IMG/VR virus record: IMGVR_UViG_3300045988_058524
Location: 85,118 to 149,117 of that record
Direction: 5' to 3' (one strand)
Length of the DNA: 64,000 nucleotides
Source of the DNA: a virus
The notes beneath the pieces were generated by a model, which saw only the letters and a list, made by a program, of their open reading frames with translations, searched no databases and had not been told where the DNA came from. Below are positions 20,166 to 30,340 of this stretch, one piece after another. How positions within the stretch are numbered: position 1 is the first letter of the stretch; every line of letters begins with the position of its first letter. Both the position numbers and the translations under genes were made by a program.

Positions 20166-20860
20166 TACTCTCCTTCATTATAAGCATCAATAACATGGAT
20201 AATCTCATTCAAATCATTATCAATCTCTAGGTCTTCAAACATACCAAAGGATGTCTTAGCCACACAAGTACCATCATTATTAGTGATTAACTTGTACTCC
20301 ATTCTACCAGAATCTCCCTCACTTACCTTAGTGAAGAAAATATAAGTAAACAGACCTTCCAGTGTTACCTTTTCAGACAACAACTTTCCAACAGTTTTAA
20401 TGACAAACTTAGGATTTACATTGTCTCCAACATTCTCCGAGTGTGTCAAGAAAATCATCTTACAATCCTCTCTCATCTTTTCTGAATATCTCAGAATTTC
20501 CATAGCGTGTTGAGCTAGCTCACTAAATTTGGTATAACCAACTTCTGTTGCTCTATCAACGAACTCATAAGAGAGAACATATTGGAAGTCATCGATAATT
20601 ACCTGTTTAATTTGAGGCATCATCTTGTCAATAATTTGAAGAATTTTCAGAATTTGATCCCATTTGGAACTAACGTAATAGTTACCACTTACGTTCTTTC
20701 CCTCTATTTTAATAGGGATATACTTCTTTTTCCATGCTCTAAAGGGGAGCGGTTTACCCGTAGTACTTATAATAAAAGTCTCTTCGGGATTAAGATTTCT
20801 TAAACTTGTACTCTTTCCAGTACCTGATTCACCTACGATAGCAATTGTTTCAGCAGCCAT
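20165..20860 (-). CDS. P-loop NTPase (RecA/AAA-like replication or recombination ATPase)
   Basis: Walker A IVGESGTGKST; Walker B-like IIDDF. Confidence 0.5.
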   Translation of the reverse strand: MAAETIAIVGESGTGKSTSLRNLNPEETFIISTTGKPLPFRAWKKKYIPIKIEGKNVSGNYYVSSKWDQILKILQIIDKMMPQIKQVIIDDFQYVLSYEFVDRATEVGYTKFSELAQHAMEILRYSEKMREDCKMIFLTHSENVGDNVNPKFVIKTVGKLLSEKVTLEGLFTYIFFTKVSEGDSGRMEYKLITNNDGTCVAKTSFGMFEDLEIDNDLNEIIHVIDAYNEGE

Positions 20861-21954
20861 TATTCTAATGCAAAATTAAAGTTTTCATTTGAATCATCTA
20901 ATTCTGTAATATCATCTAGCTCCTGTTCTACTATAGAACTATTATCTTCTAGTATATAATTTGGGTTTGTATACCTTTCATAATCATAAATTTCATCGGG
21001 CTTTGGAAGCTCGTGGAACATATTAATCCAACCAAAGAAGTTTACTCCAACCTCAACATCACAATCACCATATCGGTTCTTAAGTACCATTATACTTCTA
21101 AAATAAGAATTTAGATACTCAATATTATAATGTTTATAAGTTTTCAATCCATCCCTGTGCGGATTATACAATGCAATCATGATATTACAATCCTGCACAG
21201 TATTACCAGAGTCTTTAGCATCATGAATAGTAAACGCACTCTTTCCCTGCTTAAACCTTTCAATATTTCCTTGCTCTCTATTAGCTTGCTGTATTACTAC
21301 AGGACTAACGCCACACTTATCTCTAAAGAAGAGAAGATAGCTAGAAAGTAAGTCTATGTCAGGTTTAGTACCAACTAGACCAATATGGTCTACTACGATA
21401 TTATAGATAAGATTAGGATTATTAGGCTTATATAGAAGTCTTGTCTCACTTTCAGAAAAAGTTCCCATTTCTTCTAACCTAGTTTTCAAGATAGCATACA
21501 CCTTTTTTGGAGATACTTTCTTGTCATAGATTTCCAGCTTTTTACTAATCTTATCTACCCAGGGCATACATTGCTTAACTAGGTCATAATGTTCCTCTGA
21601 CAAAATATATTCCTTTTCTCTTGAAAGAATCTTCTTAAAAGATAATTGTATTCCATACGTTTCGAAGATATATATGGATAATAGCTTGATATATAAGGCT
21701 ACTTCTCCCATCTCTAGACTAAAATACAATACCTTAAAATCATCATCATCAAGATGTTCCATTAGTGGTCTATAAACATAAGCATAAAGGGCAAATGAAG
21801 TTTTACCTGCACCAGAGTTAGATAGAATTAGTGTATAGGTTTCCCTAGTAACTCCATCAATAATACTCTCTAGTTTAGGAAGTTTCATAGATATACCATG
21901 ATTTAACCCCAATCTACCTCTATCAATTTCGTAAAGAAGTTTCTCAGAAATCAT
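20860..21954 (-). CDS. DnaB-family replicative helicase (RecA-fold domain)
   Basis: SNSGAGKT Walker A, SLEM, DHIGL (H4) motifs. Confidence 0.6.
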   Translation of the reverse strand: MISEKLLYEIDRGRLGLNHGISMKLPKLESIIDGVTRETYTLILSNSGAGKTSFALYAYVYRPLMEHLDDDDFKVLYFSLEMGEVALYIKLLSIYIFETYGIQLSFKKILSREKEYILSEEHYDLVKQCMPWVDKISKKLEIYDKKVSPKKVYAILKTRLEEMGTFSESETRLLYKPNNPNLIYNIVVDHIGLVGTKPDIDLLSSYLLFFRDKCGVSPVVIQQANREQGNIERFKQGKSAFTIHDAKDSGNTVQDCNIMIALYNPHRDGLKTYKHYNIEYLNSYFRSIMVLKNRYGDCDVEVGVNFFGWINMFHELPKPDEIYDYERYTNPNYILEDNSSIVEQELDDITELDDSNENFNFALE

Positions 21955-22556
21955 AGCAATCTCATGGAATCATAATTAACTCCGCCTTCATCTTTTAGTG
22001 CTTCAAGTTCTTCCCACTTATGGTCTATTACAAAGTTGGCAATAGTGGTACATAGAATATTGTGCTCTCTAGCCCACTTTACTAGCTCTATAATTTGATT
22101 ATGAATTTCTGGCTTCCATCTGATAGTCCTACCATAAAACCTATAGAAGTCTTCGATGGTGTCAAATTTCTTGGACACGCTTCTAAGACCCACTTGTGAA
22201 TTATTAACTATCCCGAATTGAGGATAGGTATCCCATAATTCCTTACCTAGCTCAAATGAGCATTTGTAGAAATCTTTAACCACATTTTTGTTTAGTGGAA
22301 TATCTAAGGGATTAAATACACTTCCTTTTTCAGGAATTTTATAGGATTTATGAATAATTCCAGCATTGCGAAGCCCAGTTAATAGTTCTATTGTAAAACC
22401 ACGAGCACATACTCTAGAGGAGAAATACTCATGGACAATTTCTGGTTCGTCGCCTTCTTGGGCAATAAGAATAATTTCTAACAACAACAGCTCGCTCGGA
22501 TTTATACTATATTTCTCACAAAACAGAAGCTGTTGTTTCAATTCAAGATTTCTCAC
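21951..22556 (-). CDS. hypothetical protein
   Basis: ORF track. Confidence 0.3.
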   Translation of the reverse strand: MRNLELKQQLLFCEKYSINPSELLLLEIILIAQEGDEPEIVHEYFSSRVCARGFTIELLTGLRNAGIIHKSYKIPEKGSVFNPLDIPLNKNVVKDFYKCSFELGKELWDTYPQFGIVNNSQVGLRSVSKKFDTIEDFYRFYGRTIRWKPEIHNQIIELVKWAREHNILCTTIANFVIDHKWEELEALKDEGGVNYDSMRLL

Positions 22557-22813
22557 GTGTACAAATTAATAGATTTTCTACTAATCTATACACTAAGTCT
22601 AGTTTACCTGTTAAGGTGTTAAAACTTAGTTACGTGATAAACTTTAGTCCTTAACCTTTTCGTTGGCGGTTTCAAGAAGTACTGCGTAATCCTTCTTTAA
22701 TTCCTTCAACTCAGATGTCAGTTTACTAACTTTAGTTTCTAGCGACTTACATTTCTTAGTAAGTGCAGATTTCATCTCATTATACTCTTTCTTAGTGTAA
22801 TAAGTTTCCATAA

Positions 22814-24091
22814 TTAAAAACGATAAGTAAAATTTTGTATTTTCTTCTTATAAGGCTCATAGGGTTCTCCCCTTAGAACTTTCATAAGATTCTCTTCATC
22901 AATAGTTATATAATTCACTCCTTCGTGTGATTTCTTGTACCATTCACACTCTACAGTGTTTTCAATAACGATTGTGAACATTTCGGCATACTTAGTAGGT
23001 TCTTCCTTTCGTATTACCCTACCAGTTCTCTGCTTACTCTTTATAGGACTGGAATCTAAACCAAGAACAATACCAACAGATAAACCCTTACAGTCTAAAC
23101 CCTCATTAGCTAGCTGGACGCTATTAAGCACTCCAGAACTAAGTGTGGAAAATTCTTCTATGGTTATTCTGTTTTTCTTTTTACTCTCTCTTCCAGTATA
23201 AACGTATCCTATACCTATGCTTTCAGCCATTTTCACATTAGCTGAAAAGGTAATGATTTTCTTATCGGACCTATACTTGATTATCTCCTTGGCTATTTCT
23301 AGCTTCTTAGCATGATTGTATATGAACTTTTTCCTACTCTGCAAAGCTCTCATAAATGCCGTAGCATGAAAAGTAATTTCTTTGAAAACTTCTTTCCTAT
23401 CCAGCTTGCTGTTTCGGTTACATAGTTCGTCCCTATACTTAGCCCTATTGACAAATCCGTTTTGACCTAACATACTCATAACTAAGTCAAAATCAAAGTT
23501 AAAATATTCAAAATGTTGAACAAACTCCTTGTTATATTTTCTATACAAGTCTATGTCGTCCACCGTTATTATAACTTGATATTCTGAAAAGTTTGATACC
23601 CAACCATTGGCTTTGGCTACTTCTATAGAAATGTTATCAATCTCTGGACAGTATTTTTCTATGATACTGTGCTTTCCATCGAGTCTCTCTATAGTAGCAG
23701 TTAAGCCAAGAATAAGTTTATATTTTACCTTAGTAAATACTGAAGAGAAAGTATCAGCAGGACATCTGTGAATTTCATCCAGAATTAGAAGGTCACAATC
23801 ATACCCGTTCTTTGCCATGGAATTAATAATTCCAACTTCGACATTCAATCCATATCCCAAACTGTCTAGGATTCCAGACCATTGTTCTTGCAAAGTAGAA
23901 TTTGGAACGACTACTAATACCTTGATAGAAGGATACTTAGAAATAAGTTTTCCTATAATAATAGTAGCAACCCTAGTCTTTCCATACCCAGTACAAGCAA
24001 CTATTGTACCTCTTCCTTTGGACTTAATCCACTTTTTGACGGACTCCTCCTGCCGCTCATCACGAGTGACAGGAGTAAAAAGGTCCTTCAT
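22814..24091 (-). CDS. superfamily-2 DNA/RNA helicase (UvsW-like)
   Basis: ACTGYGKT (motif I), LILDEIH (motif II), GLTAT (motif III). Confidence 0.6.
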   Translation of the reverse strand: MKDLFTPVTRDERQEESVKKWIKSKGRGTIVACTGYGKTRVATIIIGKLISKYPSIKVLVVVPNSTLQEQWSGILDSLGYGLNVEVGIINSMAKNGYDCDLLILDEIHRCPADTFSSVFTKVKYKLILGLTATIERLDGKHSIIEKYCPEIDNISIEVAKANGWVSNFSEYQVIITVDDIDLYRKYNKEFVQHFEYFNFDFDLVMSMLGQNGFVNRAKYRDELCNRNSKLDRKEVFKEITFHATAFMRALQSRKKFIYNHAKKLEIAKEIIKYRSDKKIITFSANVKMAESIGIGYVYTGRESKKKNRITIEEFSTLSSGVLNSVQLANEGLDCKGLSVGIVLGLDSSPIKSKQRTGRVIRKEEPTKYAEMFTIVIENTVECEWYKKSHEGVNYITIDEENLMKVLRGEPYEPYKKKIQNFTYRF

Positions 24092-24954
24092 TAGTCTATA
24101 TTTCTAGTGATGTCCCAACCTTTAAGTTCGGCAACTTTCTTAATTTCTTCCATTTTGTCCTTCCACTGTTTGGCTTGACTTTCACATTGATTTTGGAAGC
24201 GATAAAGAACCTTGCTCGACAACAGTCTCAACTGATCACTAGTTAAGTTTGCATATTTATCTCGTTTCAGTCTACACATCGATCTAAACTCAGCATAACT
24301 TAATCCAGTATCACAGATTTTAAGAGAAATAGAAGGATTCAAACGAAGTTCCTTACTTACCACCAAAAGTCTATCGACAGCTTTACCTGTTACAGGGTCT
24401 TTACGATACAAGTCCTTTTGCATTTCTTGTTGTGTAAACCAAAGTCCCATCTTGACAATGAAATTCAACGTCAAATGAGAGTTATCAAACAATCCCAAAG
24501 AATCCAGACAAGCATCCATAACTAAACTTACAGGTACTTCTCTAAACTCTACAGGGATACCATTAAGAATATTTCCAATAGGATAAACTTTAATAGTCTC
24601 ATTGGTCAAAATCTCTTTATTATTCTTGATGGTAATTCTCAGGTCTTCCAAACAGCGGGTGTTTGTGTATTGTTTCTCAGCTCTAAGCCATCTAATAAGA
24701 AGCTCTGCTCGACATCTCTGTATTTGATCGGACACTATATCTAGTAATGTTAAACGACCCGGATTCTTGGTATCCGAGTTGTACAACATTTGTTCACAGT
24801 GGTTATAGAAGCGTTTCAGCTGATCATAATCAGCATCCACTAACTTTATTTCCTCCTGGACTCCATTTACTTTAGGTCCTTTCCATACATAGCTATTAAC
24901 ATCGTTTGCTTTATCATTCAAAGCCTCTCTCAGCTTATCTCCTAATACAGTCAT
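24091..24954 (-). CDS. hypothetical protein
   Basis: ORF track. Confidence 0.35.
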   Translation of the reverse strand: MTVLGDKLREALNDKANDVNSYVWKGPKVNGVQEEIKLVDADYDQLKRFYNHCEQMLYNSDTKNPGRLTLLDIVSDQIQRCRAELLIRWLRAEKQYTNTRCLEDLRITIKNNKEILTNETIKVYPIGNILNGIPVEFREVPVSLVMDACLDSLGLFDNSHLTLNFIVKMGLWFTQQEMQKDLYRKDPVTGKAVDRLLVVSKELRLNPSISLKICDTGLSYAEFRSMCRLKRDKYANLTSDQLRLLSSKVLYRFQNQCESQAKQWKDKMEEIKKVAELKGWDITRNID

Positions 24955-24998
24955 AAATTATTCTTTAAAAATACTTCATAGTTCATCTAATTTTAATG

Positions 24999-25322
24999 TT
25001 AATCTAATAATATTTGTCCACATTCTAGAGACGGTTTTTCATGAATAAATTTCAGGAAAATTATATTCGTCTCCTTATATGGAACGAAATCTGTACCATC
25101 GTACCATTTATCGATGCCTTCTTCTACATATCTTAGAGATACATATCCGACATCACCTAATTTCATAGAACACTGGTTCCAATTCGGAAATCGAACACAC
25201 ATTATGTCTTTGTAATCTAGATTATCATATTCTAGACGTTCAAAGACATAATTTGCATAACCCATTCCGTCCTCACATTCAGCTACAAACTTAACATGGT
25301 AAGTTACTTCTTTGGTTTCCAC
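24999..25322 (-). CDS. hypothetical protein
   Basis: ORF track. Confidence 0.3.
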   Translation of the reverse strand: METKEVTYHVKFVAECEDGMGYANYVFERLEYDNLDYKDIMCVRFPNWNQCSMKLGDVGYVSLRYVEEGIDKWYDGTDFVPYKETNIIFLKFIHEKPSLECGQILLD

Positions 25323-25513
25323 ACCTCAAAGGTATTAATATCCTCGAACTTCCTGCAACCATAAGAGGCAAAGTCCCCTTGTAGTTTGTCCATATTTGGC
25401 AAACAGGGATAGTTCTTACACCTAGTACAGCTACGTTCAGGATGTTTATAGTGAAAACCATCTTTGTCCTTAAACATTACTTCAGTAATAGGCATAATAA
25501 TATTAATACACAT
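25304..25513 (-). CDS. hypothetical Cys-rich small protein
   Basis: ORF track. Confidence 0.3.
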   Translation of the reverse strand: MCINIIMPITEVMFKDKDGFHYKHPERSCTRCKNYPCLPNMDKLQGDFASYGCRKFEDINTFEVWKPKK

Positions 25514-25851
25514 GAGCCAGCAGCTCCATATTTGATTACGTTCTGCTTCTTCTTTAAAGACTTATTAAGACCTTCAATTGATCTATTTTTATCTTCAATT
25601 ATGTTTCCATAATACAGTAACTGGACTCTGCGAACAGAATCCGTTTTCTCCCAACTTTTGTTTATAAGTTCTAAATTAGTTATTTGACTCTTCAATAAAG
25701 GAACAGTTTCGGACAATTTCTGATGTTCAGCAAATATCAGATTAGTTGTCTTTAACTGTTCGCCGGTTATTGTAACGGTCGATGTATTCTGAGAAAAAGC
25801 ACAAATTGATGCTATCAGAACTAGACATAATAGTAGACACTTTCTCATCAT
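25477..25851 (-). CDS. secreted/membrane protein
   Basis: N-terminal signal peptide and C-terminal hydrophobic helix. Confidence 0.3.
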   Translation of the reverse strand: MMRKCLLLCLVLIASICAFSQNTSTVTITGEQLKTTNLIFAEHQKLSETVPLLKSQITNLELINKSWEKTDSVRRVQLLYYGNIIEDKNRSIEGLNKSLKKKQNVIKYGAAGSCVLILLCLLLK

Positions 25852-26047
25852 ACTCCTTGTCTATATATTTAATTTTCTCAACAATGGAATCATTAACTAT
25901 ATAAATGCTATCTCTAATGATAGAATCCCTCACAATCTCTTGCACATTAGGAGTGCTAGGATTACTATCTCTCTTAGGGATAGACAAATATATAATTATT
26001 AATCCCATTATGACAATTAAAATATAGCAAAACTTAGTCTTGTTCAT
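25742..26047 (-). CDS. membrane protein
   Basis: N-terminal TM helix. Confidence 0.3.
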   Translation of the reverse strand: MNKTKFCYILIVIMGLIIIYLSIPKRDSNPSTPNVQEIVRDSIIRDSIYIVNDSIVEKIKYIDKEYDEKVSTIMSSSDSINLCFFSEYIDRYNNRRTVKDN

Positions 26048-26624
26048 TTATCTCAATACCTGCAGCCTTAGCCTCCTCTACGAGCTTAACGCATCCGACT
26101 ACATCTACACCTTCCTTCATTGCCAGTTTCACAACAAGTTTCTCATTGTCAGAGAGACCTTCCACTTTAGCTTTTAGAGCTTGCTTTTTGTCAAAACGAG
26201 CTTTCATCTGATTGTAACCCTTGATAATTCTCTCTGGATTCTCTTTAAGGAAATTAACCTCCTGCTTCAAGAAAGCCTTTACCAAGGTCTTACTAGCTAC
26301 TCCTCTATCTCTAGTATAGATAGTAGGACATTTAGGGTCGTGCAAAGCTTTATTGTAGGCATTGGCTTTACCTCTCTCCTTGTCAAACGTATCAGTCGGG
26401 TGACATACACTGATACCAACAGATACGACTCTGCAAACCTCTGCGTAATCTGGATCGTCCACACAGACAAATTCGTCCATTTCGTTTACCCAACCTACCG
26501 CAAGTTTGCAACCATCCTCACTCTCTTCTGGAGATTGGCTTAAAGCACACGCTACAATCTTGTGTTCCTCACCCTTAAAGTCTACAAACGAGTCAATCAA
26601 ATACTCAGTTACATCCTGTTTCAT
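26034..26624 (-). CDS. hypothetical protein
   Basis: ORF track. Confidence 0.35.
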   Translation of the reverse strand: MKQDVTEYLIDSFVDFKGEEHKIVACALSQSPEESEDGCKLAVGWVNEMDEFVCVDDPDYAEVCRVVSVGISVCHPTDTFDKERGKANAYNKALHDPKCPTIYTRDRGVASKTLVKAFLKQEVNFLKENPERIIKGYNQMKARFDKKQALKAKVEGLSDNEKLVVKLAMKEGVDVVGCVKLVEEAKAAGIEINEQD

Positions 26625-26892
26625 TTTCTACAATTTTAAAACCGTTATTAATTAAATATTCTTCTGGAGCAAACTGTAATTCGAAAAACCTATGCAGTGA
26701 ATAGTTCTTTCTCTTTACAGAAATTAAATTTTTCTTTTTAAGTGTGATAGGTTTATCAGAAGAATAATACTTCTCTTCCATGAGGGCTGCTCCCCATCCC
26801 CACATTTGATAAACCGAACTACAGTAGATAAACTTATCATGTGTATATACAATCTGTTTATCCTTCTCGTAAGTCTTCCGTAAGGTCGTCAT
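26605..26892 (-). CDS. hypothetical protein
   Basis: ORF track. Confidence 0.3.
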   Translation of the reverse strand: MTTLRKTYEKDKQIVYTHDKFIYCSSVYQMWGWGAALMEEKYYSSDKPITLKKKNLISVKRKNYSLHRFFELQFAPEEYLINNGFKIVENETGCN

Positions 26893-27331
26893 AAAATACT
26901 TGAATAGTTCTAAAGATAAACTTATTCTTTGCTGAATTATAACATTCGTTCCAGCTACGATTTTTGTAGTGGTCTAGAATTTCGGAAGCTCTTACATTAT
27001 AATATATATTTCTGCAAAAGCTTTCGTCCTCATCACATTCAGCAGAATTTATTGTATAATTTCCGATGCCAATAGCGTAATGATAATGGCTTCCAGAAAT
27101 TTCACTAAATCTATCTTCTAACTCATAATCTTCGTATATTATTACTCTAAACTTGAATTTGTCCTTACTAAGAAGTTTTGCCAGGCAATATGCTACATAG
27201 CAGCACCCTCCGGCATTAATATCGTACTCTTCATCTAGAAACCTACAAAGTTTATTCAGCCTCTCCGCTAGAATTTCTTGTACTTCCGTAGATTTGGAGT
27301 TCAATCTCCTCCTTTGCTTTTTTAAACTCAT
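26858..27331 (-). CDS. hypothetical protein
   Basis: ORF track. Confidence 0.3.
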   Translation of the reverse strand: MSLKKQRRRLNSKSTEVQEILAERLNKLCRFLDEEYDINAGGCCYVAYCLAKLLSKDKFKFRVIIYEDYELEDRFSEISGSHYHYAIGIGNYTINSAECDEDESFCRNIYYNVRASEILDHYKNRSWNECYNSAKNKFIFRTIQVFYDDLTEDLREG

Positions 27332-27554
27332 CCAAGTACTTACCTAAAGTTACAACTTCATCTTTTCCGAATTTTCTTCTAACTGCATAGTGGATACATC
27401 TCTCCACTGCAGACTCTAGCAGGAATCCATATCCTACTACCTTGAACTCTTTTCTCGGATTTTTACCACCAATATCGCATAACAACTCCAAGTCGAAACG
27501 AGGAGATGAATCGTTAATTGGAGTTAACCTGTAAAATGGACCTTCAATTACCAT
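27252..27554 (-). CDS. hypothetical protein
   Basis: ORF track. Confidence 0.3.
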   Translation of the reverse strand: MVIEGPFYRLTPINDSSPRFDLELLCDIGGKNPRKEFKVVGYGFLLESAVERCIHYAVRRKFGKDEVVTLGKYLDEFKKAKEEIELQIYGSTRNSSGEAE

Positions 27555-27568
27555 CTCTTTTTAAATTA

Positions 27569-28381
27569 CTATCCGCATACATCTATCACTGTTAAATTAT
27601 TATTACTAGGCTTATATCCGTAATCACAATATGAATTAGTTATTATAACACGATCAAAATTGTTACACAGCTTTACCAAGCCTTTGATATTTACAGCATG
27701 ACAAACTATAATCTCGAATTTAGAGTCTGGATATCTCTCTTTAAGAACTTTGAGCTCCCCAAGGAATGTTCCTCCAGCGTCACACAAATCATCAATAAAA
27801 GTAAAGGTCGGACAATAACAATTAACCTCTCTTCCAATGGAAAACTCCTTAATCTTACCAGTTTCCAAATCTCTCACCTTATTGAACACAATATGTCCCC
27901 AATTATTAGAGAGAATTTTGTACCTCTGGTAAGCTCCAGCGTCTGGGAACACAATATTAGATTGAACATCCAGATGCGATTCAAAGTTAAACTTTTGAGG
28001 ATAACATCTAGTTCCTAACAATCCCTTAGTTCTTTCCGAATGGGGTTCCAAAATCATAACATAACGATAGTTCATAGTATTCAAGATACTACAAACCACC
28101 TTTAGAGAAAATGGGCGGTTAAAGTCCATTACTCTATCCATACGCATGGACATTAGATAGGTAATAAACAAATCCCACTCAATCTCTTGTCTATCAAGAA
28201 TGTCTCCGACTTGAGTTAGAATAAATAATTCTTCAGCAGAAGTAATTCTACATATAACCTTTACTGAATCTTTCCTATCAAATTCGTCAGGAAAACTTAT
28301 CTGAGGTTCTCCGTCAGGAAATCTAGTGAGATTATACTTAATCTCACTCTTGTCCAAGTTAATTAAGTTTAATAATTTCAT
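27569..28381 (-). CDS. ribose-phosphate pyrophosphokinase-like (PRPP synthetase family)
   Basis: PRPP-binding motif FIDDLCDAGGT. N-terminal FPDGEPQISF resembles Prs FxDGE. Ends with TAG immediately followed by in-frame TAA. Confidence 0.5.
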   Translation of the reverse strand: MKLLNLINLDKSEIKYNLTRFPDGEPQISFPDEFDRKDSVKVICRITSAEELFILTQVGDILDRQEIEWDLFITYLMSMRMDRVMDFNRPFSLKVVCSILNTMNYRYVMILEPHSERTKGLLGTRCYPQKFNFESHLDVQSNIVFPDAGAYQRYKILSNNWGHIVFNKVRDLETGKIKEFSIGREVNCYCPTFTFIDDLCDAGGTFLGELKVLKERYPDSKFEIIVCHAVNIKGLVKLCNNFDRVIITNSYCDYGYKPSNNNLTVIDVCG

Positions 28382-28841
28382 CTACAACATATTTTAAAAT
28401 TTCGTAACTTTCTTCCAAGCCCGCTCTATCATCCAATAGGATATTATAATAAGGCTTATAAGATTTAGGTAATACAGAGCTTTGATTTATCTGTAGCTCT
28501 CCATCTGGAGCTAATCCAAGCATATCATAGACTATGGTAGACTTTCTATGTGATTCACTAATATCTTCATCACAAGTAAATAATACCAGTTCAAATCCTA
28601 GTCTAGCACATCTTTTTAGCAGCTCAATAACACAACTATAGTCTCCTCCATTATTATGGTAGTCAAAAATAGTGTTATCATAATCGAAAGCGACTATTAG
28701 CTTTCCATATTTCTTGTACTCTTCTAATAGTCGCTTCTTGCAAGCCTCTTTTCCAAATGGATGGTTAAAACTTTCCATAAAGCCCTTCATTAATCCGCTG
28801 TCTAATTTCTTTAAGAGTGTACTCCTTTTTAAGGACGCCAT
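28359..28841 (-). CDS. HAD-superfamily phosphatase
   Basis: VAFDYDNTIFD (DxDxT). Confidence 0.4.
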   Translation of the reverse strand: MASLKRSTLLKKLDSGLMKGFMESFNHPFGKEACKKRLLEEYKKYGKLIVAFDYDNTIFDYHNNGGDYSCVIELLKRCARLGFELVLFTCDEDISESHRKSTIVYDMLGLAPDGELQINQSSVLPKSYKPYYNILLDDRAGLEESYEILKYVVDEIIKLN

Positions 28842-30327
28842 CTTCGAACACAGTCTCTAAGCAGCCTCCGCTTTCTACCTCAGGAGTTACCTGGTCTTCA
28901 GCATAGTAAACGCCATTAACGTCCTGATAGACAGCAATTAGACCTTTAAGAGAATTTTTAGTTCCATCATCTGTTTTAGGATGTTTGAATATTTCTTTCA
29001 ATTCTCCATTAACTACACAAGCAGTAGCTTTGATTGCAAAGCCTAAGCTATCTCTACTTGCATACTGATATGAAAATGAACCTACTCCTAGAACAAGATT
29101 GCAAGCTGCCATATGAGCATTCTCAAGTCGCATATAGATTTGTTTCTGACGTTCTAGTGTAATAGAATCGCCATATAACAAGCCTATTTTTGTACTAGGA
29201 TAACGATAATCCCTAGAAGTAGTATTCCAGCCGAATATTTTACCAAGCATATAATAAGCGCCATAGTATTGACCTTCTGAAACTTCTACATACTCAGCAT
29301 CATCGTTAAATGGGGCATAGCAACAATAATACTTACCCTCTTTCATCCTGGTATGGAAGTGGGGATTAGTTCTCAGCCCACAAATAATATCAACAGGGTC
29401 TCCGCTATCTGGACGAATAACTACACGTCCATCACGAGCCATAATATCCTTCTTTAATTTGGGAAGGAAGTTTTCAATAACATTCCAGAAGTCCCAAGTA
29501 TCAGAAACTATAGAAACGAACCCAGATGGATACAATTCGTTAATTAATCGCTTAAAGGTTTGAAGTTCATCCTCTTCTCCGCCAGCACACATTACAGAAT
29601 GTTCTGTAGCTGGAACAGTGGCAGCAATTAATTCATTGTCAGAATTTGCACCATAATATTCTTCTAGAGCAGCAATAGCTGGAATGGTCTCACTTCCAAC
29701 AAACGAAATCATATGTGCCATACCAGAAATGATAGCGGCCTCTAAACCAGCCATTCCTCTCATGGAGAAGTCGTGACACAAGAAATCCAGATTTACATCT
29801 TCTGGAAATCCAGTATGTACTGCGTGTCTTTTAAGTTCCTTCTTATAGAGTCTTGCTCTAGTAGCAGAGGTACAAGGCATCCACAGAGTACAACTAATCA
29901 AAGTCTCTAGATAATTAGTTAACCAGAAGAACTCTGACTTTGTATTAGTAATAGTCATCATGGGAACTCTAATAGGACACACTGAACCTTCTGGCAACGC
30001 TTTAATGCGAATGGGAAGATAACCCAAATCATATAGAGCTTCAATATGTCTGTATCCTACAGACTCAATTCCCACGAAATTATGGACTCTCCGATAAAAC
30101 ATTTCTATAGCCTTTTCTTTAGGTAATCCAAAGAAATTCTGATTAAATTCATCAATCAGATACTTCTTAATTAAATATTGGATTCCGAATACTACAGAAC
30201 CTTCAGTGGCTTCTGGAAAGTATTTGTTGCTTCTGGGAGTCCAATTACTGTAAACTTGTTCAGTACCTTCTGGGTACATTCTGTGGTGGCCCAATTTATA
30301 GCCATCTGTTGCATTAATTATTTCCAT
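28765..30327 (-). CDS. nicotinamide phosphoribosyltransferase (Nampt/NadV-like)
   Basis: 520 aa. N-terminal DGYKLGHHRMYP region and overall length typical of the Nampt family. Family-level recognition without alignment. Confidence 0.6.
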   Translation of the reverse strand: MEIINATDGYKLGHHRMYPEGTEQVYSNWTPRSNKYFPEATEGSVVFGIQYLIKKYLIDEFNQNFFGLPKEKAIEMFYRRVHNFVGIESVGYRHIEALYDLGYLPIRIKALPEGSVCPIRVPMMTITNTKSEFFWLTNYLETLISCTLWMPCTSATRARLYKKELKRHAVHTGFPEDVNLDFLCHDFSMRGMAGLEAAIISGMAHMISFVGSETIPAIAALEEYYGANSDNELIAATVPATEHSVMCAGGEEDELQTFKRLINELYPSGFVSIVSDTWDFWNVIENFLPKLKKDIMARDGRVVIRPDSGDPVDIICGLRTNPHFHTRMKEGKYYCCYAPFNDDAEYVEVSEGQYYGAYYMLGKIFGWNTTSRDYRYPSTKIGLLYGDSITLERQKQIYMRLENAHMAACNLVLGVGSFSYQYASRDSLGFAIKATACVVNGELKEIFKHPKTDDGTKNSLKGLIAVYQDVNGVYYAEDQVTPEVESGGCLETVFEDGVLKKEYTLKEIRQRINEGLYGKF

Positions 30328-30340
30328 TCTAAAAATTATT

